From NCBI RefSeq assembly GCF_001194135.2, contig NC_068995.1, positions 10,559,749-10,623,748 on the forward strand: 64,000 nucleotides of DNA. The letters are read 5' to 3'. The notes under the pieces were generated by a model that was given only the letters and a program-made list of their open reading frames with translations, did no database searches and had not been told where the DNA came from. The DNA comes from Octopus bimaculoides. Taxonomy: Eukaryota. Below, piece by piece: positions 29,704 to 42,921 of this stretch (within the stretch, counting starts at the first letter, position 1; every line of letters starts with the position of its first letter). The translations under genes were made by a program, and so were the position numbers.

Positions 29704-30587
29704 CGTGTGTGTGTGTCTGTGTCCCTGTGTGTGAGTGTATGCATGTCTCTGTGCTTGTGTGTGTGGGTGTATGTCTGAGCTGGTGTATGTGTCTGTGCTT
29801 GTGTGTGTGTGACTCTGTGCTTCTGTGCGTGTGTGTGTCTCTGTGCTTGTGTGTATGCGTGTGTCTGTGCTTGTGTGTGTGTGCATGTGTACCTGTGCTT
29901 TTGTGTATGTGTTCCTGTGTGTGTTCCTGTGTGTGTGTGTGTGTGCATACGTCCCTGTGCTTGCGTGTATGTGTCCGTGTGTGTGTGTGTGTCTGTGCTT
30001 GTGTGTATGTGTCCCTGCAAACAAACAAGGATTGGTGACAGGAAGGCCATCTGGCTGTAGAATATCAGCCTTGACAAATCCCATGTGACCCATCAATGCA
30101 CAGAAACAGTAACGTGGATCTTATAATGATGATGGGGACAAGGCTTTTATAGGCATTAAAATAGACAGAAGTTCTGGATTACAGAAACGGACAGGGTTTG
30201 ATCCCAAAACTGTGAATTCTCTGAATAATAAAATTAAATTAAATAATTAACTGATTTGACATTTTATAGAGATGCTGAATGAAAACAAGGTGAAAAGAAG
30301 TCAAGGCAAAAAAAAAGGGCAGCATTATTGAAACGTAATATTTCAGCATTTCATATTAAATTAACGACGAGGAGGAAGAAGAGAGAAGGAGGGGTGGGGG
30401 AGGAAAAAGAAGAAGCCACCATAATCATTTTCAAATAAACAAATGAACAGAAGTCAATAAATCAAATTCATCTTACTTGGGAAATATGTGGTCAGATTCT
30501 CAATCAGAACATAATCACCATTCACATGACTGAAAAATATACAATTAAAAACATAATTATTTCATATACACACACACACGTGTGTGT

Positions 30588-30623
<36 letters not shown>

Positions 30624-31650
30624 CAAAGGTAAAAAACACAACAAACAGAAATCACCAAAACATAACAAGCAGGAAAAGTGTGTATATGTATATGTGTGTA
30701 TATGTATATATGAGGCAAAGACAAGTGATCGAGACCTTTGGAGATATGCTGTGCTTGAGAAGACCCGGCAAGCCAAGTGAGACCATAACTGTGGCCTATG
30801 CTGTGTGACCAGCCCATTTAAGAGTACCCTTCAATCATTGGACAATAAACTATGCTTGCGAAGACCTGTTGAAGCAAGTGAAATCGCTGTCGTGGCCAAT
30901 GACAGTACCACCTGATTGGCACCCGTGCCAGTGGAACATAAAAAGCACCATTCAAGCGTGGTCATTGCCAGGACCGCTGACTGGCTCCTGTGCTGGTGAC
31001 ACGCAAAAAAAAAGAAGCACCATTTGAGCATGGTCATTGCCAGTGCCACCAGACTGGCTCCTGTCTAGGTGGTATGAAAAAAGCATCATTTGAGCATGGC
31101 TAATGCCAATGCTACCTGACTGGCCCTCATGCTGGTGGCACGTAAAAGCACCCACTACACTCTCAGAATGGTTGGCGTTAGGAAGGGCATCCAGCAGTAG
31201 AAACTTTGCCAGATCAGATTGGAGACTGGTGCAGCCTTCTGACTCGCCAGACCTCAGTCAAACCGTCAAACCCATGCTAGCATGGAAAGTGGACGTTAAA
31301 CGATGATGATGATGATGAGGGAGAGAGAGAAGGAGAGATAGGTGGAGACATGTACAGAGAGAAACATGAACACAGAGAGAAAGCAAGAGAGACAGAGAGA
31401 GATGGGTGGGAGAGAGAGAGAGAGAGAGAGAGAGATAGTAATGTATGATGCACTAACTTTGGAATCCTCAGTTCTTTGATTTCTTTCAGCAGACTGGTTG
31501 TCTTGCCAACAGAGATAGAGACCAGTTGTGGCATATAACTTTGGTCTAGTGATGACACATTCATGGACAGCTGTTTTATTACTACATTGTTCTTGATTCT
31601 TAATCTGCCAATAGAAACAATACAAAGGTTAACAAACTGACAGCCTAGTG

Positions 31651-31689
<39 letters not shown>

Positions 31690-33892
31690 AAGAGATATTG
31701 ACAGCCTACTAAAACATCATCATCATTTTAATGTGCACTTTTCCTTGCTTGCATGGGTTGGACAGAGGTCATTAAGTTAGATTTTTCTATAGCCTGACAT
31801 GCTTCTTATCACTGACCGTCATCTGCTCCCACGCAAAGTAATATTTCCTCATGGCCTGACAAGTTTTTCTACAATGTTGGAAATAAACGACACTGCTTGT
31901 ATGGCAGTGACACTCATTTACAATTATCATGCAATGTCGACAGATGGACGGATACACACACACACAACAGGCTTCTTTCAGTTTCTGTCTCATCCACTCA
32001 CAAGAGATCAGTTGGTCTGGAGCTATAATAAAAACACTTGCCCACCATGCCACACAGTGGGACTGAACCTGGGACCATGTTGTTGGGGAGCAAACGTCTT
32101 AACACACAACCACACTTGAGCTTAACACAATAGAGATATAAAACACATCAATTATACTGGTAACACAAGAAGAAAACATTTAACACATTAACCATAGTCA
32201 TCACTTGTAAGCAAATGTGCAGAAATTCTTTACCTGATCCAATGAGATCTGCAAGTTCCATCTGATTGCCAATAGGAAGAAGTATTGCCGTTCAAAAGAC
32301 TGGAAACAATAGAATTGCTCGTTACTGTTGTATTTTAAATGGTAAAAATGCGTTTTGCTATTTAAAAATATTGTTTTTGTTTTTTAATATTGTAAAACAA
32401 ATGTAGAATCAAAAGAAAACAATCATAAATAAATATATAATGACCAAAACTAAAAACACAAATATTGATTCACTAACTTGCATCGGAGACAGAAGTCCAA
32501 GTGAAGTGAGAGATGATCTCTTTTCAGTTTCTGTCTACCAGATCCATCCATAAAGTTTTAGTCTACCAAGGTCAATAGTAGAAGATACTTGCCCAAGGTA
32601 TCACACAGTGGGACTGAACCCGGGACCATGTGGTTAAGAAGTAAACTTCTTGAGCACTTTGGCCACCAATCAATCATCATCAGGCATTACAGGTAATAAC
32701 CAAACCAGCTTCTTGTGGCTATCATTAATGCATAATTAGAAACAGATAACCTAACTAAAAATCATCATCATCATCATCATCATCATTATCGTTTAACATC
32801 CGCTTTCCATGCTGGCATGGGTTGGACGGTTTGATTGAGGACTAGCAAGCCAGCAGGCTGCACCAGGCTCCAGTCTGANNNNNNNNNNCAAGCCAGCAGG
32901 CTGCACCAGGCTCCAGTCTGATCTGGCAAGGTTTCTACAGCTGGATGCCCTTCCTAATGCCAACCACTCCAAGAGTGTAGTGGGTGCTTTTACGTGCCAC
33001 TGGCGCAGGAGCCAGTAAAGCGGTACTGATATTGACCATGTTTAGACAGTGCTTTTTACATGCCACCGGCACGAGAGCCAGTCAGAAGGCACTGGCAAGC
33101 GGGAATATATATATATGTAAACGTTGAACGATGAAAATGACTGCTCAACACCACATTGGTGGATAGAATTTGTTTGTTTGTGAATTAAGGCTACCATTGG
33201 TTTCATGTTAAGAAAAATAGGAAAATATCTTAATATCTCAACAGTTTTTCAAGATGGTCACATGGAGGAATGGTGTACATCTCCATCACCATCATTTAAT
33301 GCCCATCTTCCATGCTGGCATGGGTAGAATGGATTTACAAGAGCTGGCAAGCCAGAGGGCTGCACCAGGCCCCAGTCATCTGTTTTGGCATGGCTTCTAC
33401 AGCTGGATACCCTTTGTAATGCCAACCACTTGACAGAATGTATTGTGGGCTCTTTACGTGGCACCAGCATGTGTTTTTAACATGGCGCCAGCACAGGAGA
33501 CACACACATACATAGACACACCTGTGGTCAAGTGAATAAAAACATTATTACTTTTTAGTCTAGAAATAACAGTTTCTAATTCCAATCTAGACCAGTACTA
33601 TATGTATATCCGGGAATAAGAAATAATGATTATTACCAAAGAGCAAAAGAATCAAAACATAGAACAGATGTAAATATTTTTACAATAATTTCTATTTCCA
33701 AAGACAAGGTTATGTTCTTAACATATTCAGACCTGCAAGGAAATTTTGAAAATATTATTGAGATTTTTGCGACACTCACCGTTCACTATTTGATGTGTTT
33801 GTGGAGACCTCGATGGAACAGATACAGCGTTGTACCTGCTGAACTTCTTCTCCATTTCTCAGTAATTCATCAGATGCTGTCAATAAGAAAAC

Positions 33893-33925
<33 letters not shown>

Positions 33926-36900
33926 CATAATCCATCCTCCTATAGGTACAAGGCCTGAAATTTTAGAGGAAGGAATTAGTCAAGTACATCAACCCTAACC
34001 CTAACCCCAGTGCTTGACTGTTAATTCATTTATCAACCCCCAAAAGGATGAAAGGCAAGGTCGACCTCAGCAGAATTTGAACCCAGAATGCAAATGAATG
34101 AATGAATGGATGGACGGATGGATGGATAGAGATGATAGATAGGGATAGGTAGGCAGGGAGGGAGGAATGGATAGCTAGACAGACAGACAGACAGACGTGT
34201 GGGTGTGCAGGTGGGTTTGGGTGGATGGGTGGATGGATGGATGGATGGATGGATAATGTGTGCATGTATACCTTTTATGTTTGTGTTTGTTCCCCACCAC
34301 TACTTAACAACCGGTGTTGGTTTGTTTATGTCCCTGTAACTTACTGGTTCAGCAAAAGAAACCAAAAGAAATAAGCACTGAGGTCAATTTGTTTGACTAA
34401 ACTCTTCAAGGTACTGCCCCAGCATGGCCACAGTCCCAAGCTATAGCAGAAGACATTCCCCCAAGGTGCTGAGGAGTGGGACCGAACCTAAAACTGAATG
34501 TTCATAAAAACCAATAAGGATTAAGTCTTTTTGTTTTCTTTTAGTCACTTACCTAAAACATCCATGGACTTGAAGGATGACTTCACCAAAGCCAACCGGA
34601 GATCCATAACATTTGTGACACCTTTTAGTATGGGCAAGCTCAATGAGGAACTTGGAGCTCGGTTCTGGATAAGAAACTGGGAGGGGGTGAAAAAGAATAA
34701 AAGAAATAAAGAAACAAATAAAAGAAATCAATGAAAGAAATTAATGAAAGAAATCAATGAAAGAAACTACAATGGCTTGTAATTGGATTGAACTCACTTT
34801 TCAGTGCCGTAGACCACCTGAGAGTGCTTCTATATTGGCACATGACATGCTAGAAATAACAGCTAAATCTACCTCAAATTACACTTTACTGCACATGGGT
34901 ATTTGGCTCACAATCATAAGGCCATGAGTTCGATTCCTGGCAATGAGTTGTGTCCCTGAGCATATATACATATGTATTTGTGTGTCTGTGTTTGTCCCCC
35001 ACCCCAACCATCGCTTGACAACCGATGCTGGTGTGTTTACGTCCCCGTAACTTAGCGGTTCGGCAAAAAGAGACCAATAGAATAAGTACTAGGCTTACAA
35101 AGAATAAGTCCCTGGGGTCGATTTGCTCGACTATAGGCGGTGCTCCAGCATGGCCGCAGTCAAATGACTGAAACAAGTAAAGGAGTAAAAGAGAGTAAAG
35201 CAAAATTTTTCCATGCATCCTTTAAATACTACTGTGAATCGCCATTTTTACTACTTTGCTTGCATGGGCCCCTAAAAGTCCTTTGTGGACTCCCTGAGAT
35301 CATATGGACCCAGGTTGAGAACCACTGATGTAAAATAATAAATCAATATACAAACCTTTAAAATTTTCAAACTGTAATTNNNNNNNNNNNNNNNNNNNNN
35401 NNNNNNNNNNNNNNNNNNNNNNNNNNNNNNNNNNNNNNNNNNNNNNNNNNNNNNNNNNNNNNNNNNNNNNNNNNNNNNNNNNNNNNNNNNNNNNNNNNNN
35501 NNNNNNNNNNNNNNNNNNNNNNNNNNNNNNNNNNNNNNNNNNNNNNNNNNNNNNNNNNNNNNNNNNNNNNNNNNNNNNNNNNNNNNNNNNNNNNNNNNNN
35601 NNNNNNNNNNNNNNNNNNNNNNNNNNNNNNNNNNNNNNNNNNNNNNNNNNNNNNNNNNNNNNNNNNNNNNNNNNNNNNNNNNNNNNNNNNNNNNNNNNNN
35701 NNNNNNNNNNNNNNNNNNNNNNNNNNNNNNNNNNNNNNNNNNNNNNNNNNNNNNNNNNNNNNNNNNNNNNNNNNNNNNNNNNNNNNNNNNNNNNNNNNNN
35801 NNNNNNNNNNNNNNNNNNNNNNNNNNNNNNNNNNNNNNNNNNNNNNNNNNNNNNNNNNNNNNNNNNNNNNNNNNNNNNNNNNNNNNNNNNNNNNNNNNNN
35901 NNNNNNNNNNNNNNNNNNNNNNNNNNNNNNNNNNNNNNNNNNNNNNNNNNNNNNNNNNNNNNNNNNNNNNNNNNNNNNNNNNNNNNNNNNNNNNNNNNNN
36001 NNNNNNNNNNNNNNNNNNNNNNNNNNNNNNNNNNNNNNNNNNNNNNNNNNNNNNNNNNNNNNNNNNNNNNNNNNNNNNNNNNNNNNNNNNNNNNNNNNNN
36101 NNNNNNNNNNNNNNNNNNNNNNNNNNNNNNNNNNNNNNNNNNNNNNNNNNNNNNNNNNNNNNNNNNNNNNNNNNNNNNNNNNNNNNNNNNNNNNNNNNNN
36201 NNNNNNNNNNNNNNNNNNNNNAAAACAATGAAGACATTTTTAAAAATCAAATACTTTGGAATACATTGAAGAATAAAAACGAACATCAAATGATTCCTTA
36301 AGAAAAAGAAGGGTAAATTAGACCATATACTTGTAGGAGGAGTGGACTCCAAGATGGCATGGTCATTACAGGAATAACTACAACCATAACAATTCATCAT
36401 CATCATCATCGTTTAACGTCCGCTTTCCATGCTAGCATGGGTTAGATGATTTGACTGAGGACTGGCGAACCAGATGGCTACACCAGGCTTCAATCTGATT
36501 TGGCAGAGTTTCTACAGCTGGATGCCCTTCCTACTCTGAGAGTGTAGTGGGTGCTTTTGACCACTCGACATGCTAGACATAGCAGCCAAATCAAACCCCA
36601 CTGCTTTAAACAAGGACACATTGGATAATATAGTCCTGGATATCCCTAAAAATACAGACTGCTCATGGCTGGAATATATTTACTTAAACTCTTGCTCAAT
36701 CAAGGTTATACTGAAACTAAACAATGACAACCCACAAATTATGAACAATCAGGAAGTAAATGGCTTAAGTCGTCACAATTTACCATGGATAAGAGCTGTT
36801 GTTTTCAGCTTCCGGATGCTTCTCTCTGGCTCGGTAAAGACACCTTTTGATTGATCTGATGAAGATTCTATTTCTTGTTCAATATCTTGGAGTTCTGCTG

Positions 36901-39900
36901 TCCCAATGCCATCTGTGTCAAATGTCTGGAAGGCCTGAAAGAGTAAATCAAATTTTGGTAATATTTTGTTTGTTTGTTTTTTGTTGTTCTTTTTTTTAAT
37001 GCAGAGAGGATAATGTTAACGACAGATAAGAGGGCAGAGAGGAAATCGGCAGTCATTTAATTTGCCCCCTGGTATTGAATCGGTTTCTTTTTCGTCTCAT
37101 CAAACCCCACTCCATCAGCAAGATAAAAGGCAAAACAACATCCTCATGAGTCAAACTCATAAGATAAAGACACATAATTAAATATAAAAAGAAAATTTAT
37201 CCAACTCTTTGATTCTATCAGTTTACCATCCTTAACAATAATAATCCTTTCTACTAAAGGAACAAGGCCTGAAATTTTCTGGCCAGCAGACTAGTCAATT
37301 ACATCGACCCCAGTGTTTCACTGATACTTAAATTATCAACCCTGAAAAGATGAAAGGCAAATTGATCTCAGTGGAATTTGAACTCAGAACGTAAAGACAG
37401 ATGAAATGCTGCTAAGCATTTTGCCTGGCATGCTAATGATTCTGCCAGCTCGCTGCTGTAATAATAATAATAATCTTTTCTACTGAAGGCACAAGGACTC
37501 AGATTTGCGGGGAGGGGACTAGTCAATTACATCAACCCCAGTGTTTCACTGAACTCAATTTACTGACCCCAAAAGGATGAAAGGCAAAGTCAACCTCGGT
37601 GGAATTTGAACTCAGAATGTAGCAGCAGACGAAATACCGCAAAGCATTTTGCCCAGTGTGCTAACAATTCAGCCAGCACACTGCAGCAGCAGCAGTGGCA
37701 ATAGTAGTAGTAGTAGTAGTAGTATACTTACTAAGGCTGCTTCTTTTTCTGAAGCCCCTTTACTGGTTAACATATCACAGAATTCTCTCATGGTTACGGT
37801 GGTCTTCAGGAGAAATGATTCCAAGTCAGAGAAACCAGGATGCAGACAGAAAAAGGAAGAAAAGAGAGAGAAAAAGACATTATAACATACGATAGATGCT
37901 GTGAAAGGAGTTATTTCATCAGAATCTAATGGCAGACCTAATAAATAATGTTATATTACTGCAAGGTTGTGGAGGCGCAATGGCCCAGTGGTTAGGGCAG
38001 CGGACTCGCGGTCATAGGGTCGTGGTTTCGATTCCCAGACTGGGCGTTGTGAGTGTTTATTGAGCGAAAACACCTAAAGCTCCACGAGGCTCCGGCAAGG
38101 GATGGTGGCGAACCCTGCTGTACTCTTTCACCACAACTTTCTCTCACTCTTACTTCCTGTTTCTGTTGTGCCTGTAATTCATAGGGTCAGCCATGTCACA
38201 CTGTGTCACGCTGAATATCCCCGAGAACTACGTTAAGGGTACACATGTCTGTGGAGTGCTCAGCCACTTGCACGTTAATTTCATGAGCAGGCTGTTCCAT
38301 TGATCGGATCAACTGGAACCTTCGACATTGTAAGCGACGGAGTGACAACACTGCAAGGTTAACATGTTTGGTTGATGGATGCAGACATGTCTATATGGTT
38401 AAGCAGTTAGCTTTGCGTCTGTGTAGGTCCCAGGTTTGCTCACATTAAACGATGTGAGTCAGTACATGAGGTTTAGTATCTCATGTAGCCCACTGGTCAA
38501 TAAAGGTTGCCCCTGATTGGCCTAAACCAATTACTTGAAAAAAAAATTTAGAATAAAGCATGGCTGCAGTGTGGAGGCACAAGGCTCAGTGGTTAGGGGT
38601 GTTGGACTCATAATCATAAGATTGTGGTTTCAATTCCTGGACCAGGCAACACGTTGTGTTTTTGAGCAAAACACTTCATTTCACATTGTTCCAGTCCACC
38701 CAGCAGGCAAAAGAAGGAAACTGAAAGAAGCCTGTTATATGTCTTTTACCTTCTACTTGTTTCAGTCATTGGACTGCAGCCATACTGGAGCACCACCTTG
38801 AAGAATTTTTACTTGGATGTATAGACCACAGTACTTATTTTTTAAGACTGGTACTTATTCTATCAGTCACTTATGCTGAAACGCTAAGTTATGGGGATGT
38901 AAACACACCAACACCAGTTTTCAAGTGGCAGTGGAAGACAAACGGAGACATAAAAACTCACACACATAGATATATATAAACTTATATACAATGGGCTTCT
39001 TTCAGTTTCCATCTACCAAATTCTCTCATAAAGCTTTGGTTGACCTGAGGCTACAGTAGAAGACATATGCCCAAGGTGCCATGCTGTGGGACTGAACTTG
39101 GAACCACATGGTTGGGAAGCATGCTTCTTACCACACAGCCATGCCTAAACATGCATATTAAAAAGTGAGACACTATCAGATAATGCCGTCCTAGATAGAT
39201 AATGTACAAATAAAAGACAGGATAGCCACAGATGGAATGCTATTGGTCAAAGATTTCTTAGATCAGGACTGACCTGGATTTAAACAAAGACAACTGAAAC
39301 AACAACTGACCTCTTTCCGTGACATCCGTTCCTCTATCCACCGTAAAATATAAGTTTGGTACATACTAATGAAGTCCTGAAGTACTTCCTCACTGAAAAA
39401 ATAAATTGTGAAAAAAAAAAAAAATTTAAATAAAAAATAAAATCACACACAACAAAATACTGTTGACAAACATCATCATCATCATCATCATTGTTTTTAA
39501 CCCTTTAGCATTTAAACTGGCCATATCCGGCCAAAAGTATTCTGTCTATTCAATGTTCAAATTGGCCAGATCTGGTCTCTCACACCAACCCTACAATATC
39601 ATTTTGAAAATTAACAGCTACCTCATCAAAATCTCATAGCTACAAGGTAATGCATGATTAGGTCAAAACAATGTGGATAAAAAAGTATTAATTTTGACAG
39701 AATAATGTGAACACTAAAGGGTTAAGGTCCATTCTCCAAGCTGGCAGAGCTGGTAAGCCAGAGGGTTGCACCAGGCACGTTTTAACATGGTTTCTATGGT
39801 CAGATGCCCTTCCTAACAGTATACTGGGTGCTTTTATGTGGCACCAGCACCGATACTTTTTACGTGGTACCAGAACAGATGCATTTACATGGTGTCAGCA

Positions 39901-41565
39901 CAAATGCTTTTACGTGGCACCTTTATGGTTGATTCTTACATGACACTGGCACAGGGTTATTTTCTAAATCATTGCCATTCATCATCACTGCTTAATGTCC
40001 ATTTCCTATGCTGATATGGGTAGGACAGTTTGACAGGAGCTGACAAGTCAGAGAACCACACCAAAGTTCAATGCTGGCTTTGGAATAGTTTCTACAGCTC
40101 GACACCCTCAACCCTTTAGCATTTAAACTGGCCGTATCCGGTCCAAATATTCTACTTGTTTCATATTCAAAGTGACCACATCCAGCCTTTCACACCTACC
40201 CTACAATGTCATTCTAAATATAAACAATCACATCAAAGTTATGAGATTGTGTGTATCCAGAAAATTCACCCACTATATGACAATTTGCCATGCAGACAAT
40301 GATAAAGCACATTATATCAGCAATTTTTTTTAATCAAAAATAAATGATAAAAGGTTTAAAAGCATTAAATAGGCAAATCTATAATCAATGTCAAGCATTA
40401 AAAAAATCATGATGAGGTTGTTTAAAATGAAATTTCTTATAATAAATTTTCCTACAGCAAATGAGTTTATGGCAAAATTTCCTATAACCAAGATAATGCA
40501 GGATTAATTCAAAACAATGTGAATAAATAAGCATTACATTTGACAGAGAAATCTGAATGCTAAAGGGTTAATACTGCCCTAAGATAAAATGCATTGTATA
40601 ATGTATTCTTAGATATATTATGCCAGTAAAACAGAAATGGTATGGTCACAAGGTGGAATGCTTTTGGTCATAGAATTACTCAATCACAGCTGACTGACCT
40701 GGGGCTAAAATAACAAAAAAAAGTTAAATAAATAAAAGAAAAACAAAGAAACAAAATTAAGAATAGCAAATAAAAGGGCAAAACTTACTCCAATTTACAT
40801 GCCATACTTCGCAGGGACGACAGGTCAAAGAGTTGTTCTGTGAGTTGCAGGAGACAGTTTTCTTTAGAGCCTGCAATAAGACCAACATGTAACAAATATA
40901 GAATTGTCTCTTACAGCAGTGCTTCTCAAACTATCTGATGTGGGGTACCGACAGTTTTTTATTTTTTATTTTTTTTTTCCAATGTACCAGGGACCGGTAA
41001 TATTTCTTAGTAATATTAATTTATACCGGAAACAATATAGAATGAATATAATAAAAATTGACAATTTTTTTTTATCTTATATTTATTTTGTAAACAAATA
41101 CAATATTACATAAGCATTTTATAATGTTCCTTTCATTTCCTCTCTTAGGACAANNNNNNNNNNNNNNNNNNNNNNNNNNNNNNNNNNNNNNNNNNNNNNN
41201 NNNNNNNNNNNNNNNNNNNNNNNNNNNNNNNNNNNNNNNNNNNNNNNNNNNNNNNNNNNNNNNNNNNNNNNNNNNNNNNNNNNNNNNNNNNNNNNNNNNN
41301 NNNNNNNNNNNNNNNNNNNNNNNNNNNNNNNNNNNNNNNNNNNNNNNNNNNNNNNNNNNNNNNNNNNNNNNNNNNNNNNNNNNNNNNNNNNNNNNNNNNN
41401 NNNNNNNNNNNNNNNNNNNNNNNNNNNNNNNNNNNNNNNNNNNNNNNNNNNNNNNNNNNNNNNNNNNNNNNNNNNNNNNNNNNNNNNNNNNNNNNNNNNN
41501 NNNNNNNNNNNNNNNNNNNNNNNNNNNNNNNNNNNNNNNNNNNNNNNNNNNNNNNNNNNNNNNNN

Positions 41566-41596
<31 letters not shown>

Positions 41597-42878
41597 TATA
41601 TGAGGGTTGTTTTGGTTAAAAATGCACCCAAGTCTTAAAACAATTTGAAGATTTTTTTTTTAATTTCTTTTTACAAATTTAATAGAATGGCATATGTACG
41701 TGTATGTATGTATGTGTGTGTATGTATGTATGTATGTGTGTATGTATGTATGTATGTACGTGTGTGTGTGTGTGTATGTATGTAAAGATTGGAATTAATG
41801 GTATTATGTTTAATTTTGTAGTTCCACTTGTTTCTTTACAACCTGGGAAAAACATTATGAAAATAAATATGAATATTGGTTTCAAATTTTGGCACAAGAA
41901 CAGCAATTTCAAGGAGCGGGTAAGTTGATTACATTGACCCCCCCAAGGCTCAACGGTTACTTATTTTAACAACCCCAAAATGACAAAAGGCAAAGTCGAC
42001 CTCAGCAGAATTTGAACCCAGAACATAAATTCAGATGAAATGTCACTAAGCACTATACCACGTGGTTGGGAAGTAGGCTTCTTACCACTCAGCCACATAC
42101 ACATACACACAATGGGCTTCTTTCAGTTTCCGTCTACCAAATCCACTCAGAAAGCTTTGGTCAGTCTGACGCTATAGTAGAAGACACTTGCGCAAGGTGC
42201 CACACAGTGGGACAGAACCCGGAACCATGTGGTTGGGAAACAAGTTTCTTACCATTCAGCCATGCTATGTTCACATTTACAGAGTAATTAATCTTTAAGA
42301 ATGAATATAATTTTACGTCTTTACTCCCAAATAACTATGTCAGGTCTGTTATGCTTGCACTTGCTAGACGTTTTAACAAATGTGCATGTGTGTTCCTAGT
42401 TGTAAACCATTGCTTAGCATCCGGTTGGCTGAAATTTTGACAATGGCACACTTCAAAGAATAAAACTTTAAGCTATGTGACATTTTCTAGTCCTTTCAGT
42501 AAATCTGGGAAATGCAAAATATTGCTCTTTGTCTGAATACAAACTACGCACACAGATTCATGTACGGATGCACTTATATATACAAATACATATGCTGACA
42601 CACTAAGATAGTTGATAGAGCAACAGGTCTGAATCAGCTAGATATTGACCTCTAAATATATTCTGTCTGTTTGTCTCTATGTGTGGGTGGCAAGCTGACT
42701 GACAGACACACCTACCATACACACACATTATATGTGTGTGAATGTGGATGTGTGAGAGAGACAGGCAGACAGAAAGAGAAATGAGCCAGCACAGAAGATA
42801 AGATATGTACATTTAAGACAATCTAGTACTGCAAAGTCTATCTTGGGCTCAATAGCAACGCATTCTTTTATTTACATA

Positions 42879-42921
<43 letters not shown>

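Noticed and set aside
29642-30096. Six overlapping HT/CV-rich ORFs resembling metal-binding proteins
   Set aside because: (GT)n minisatellite open in all frames.
37969-38045. tRNA-like A/B-box sequences at SINE heads
   Set aside because: Each runs into a SINE body with tail and TSD; no complete cloverleaf seen.
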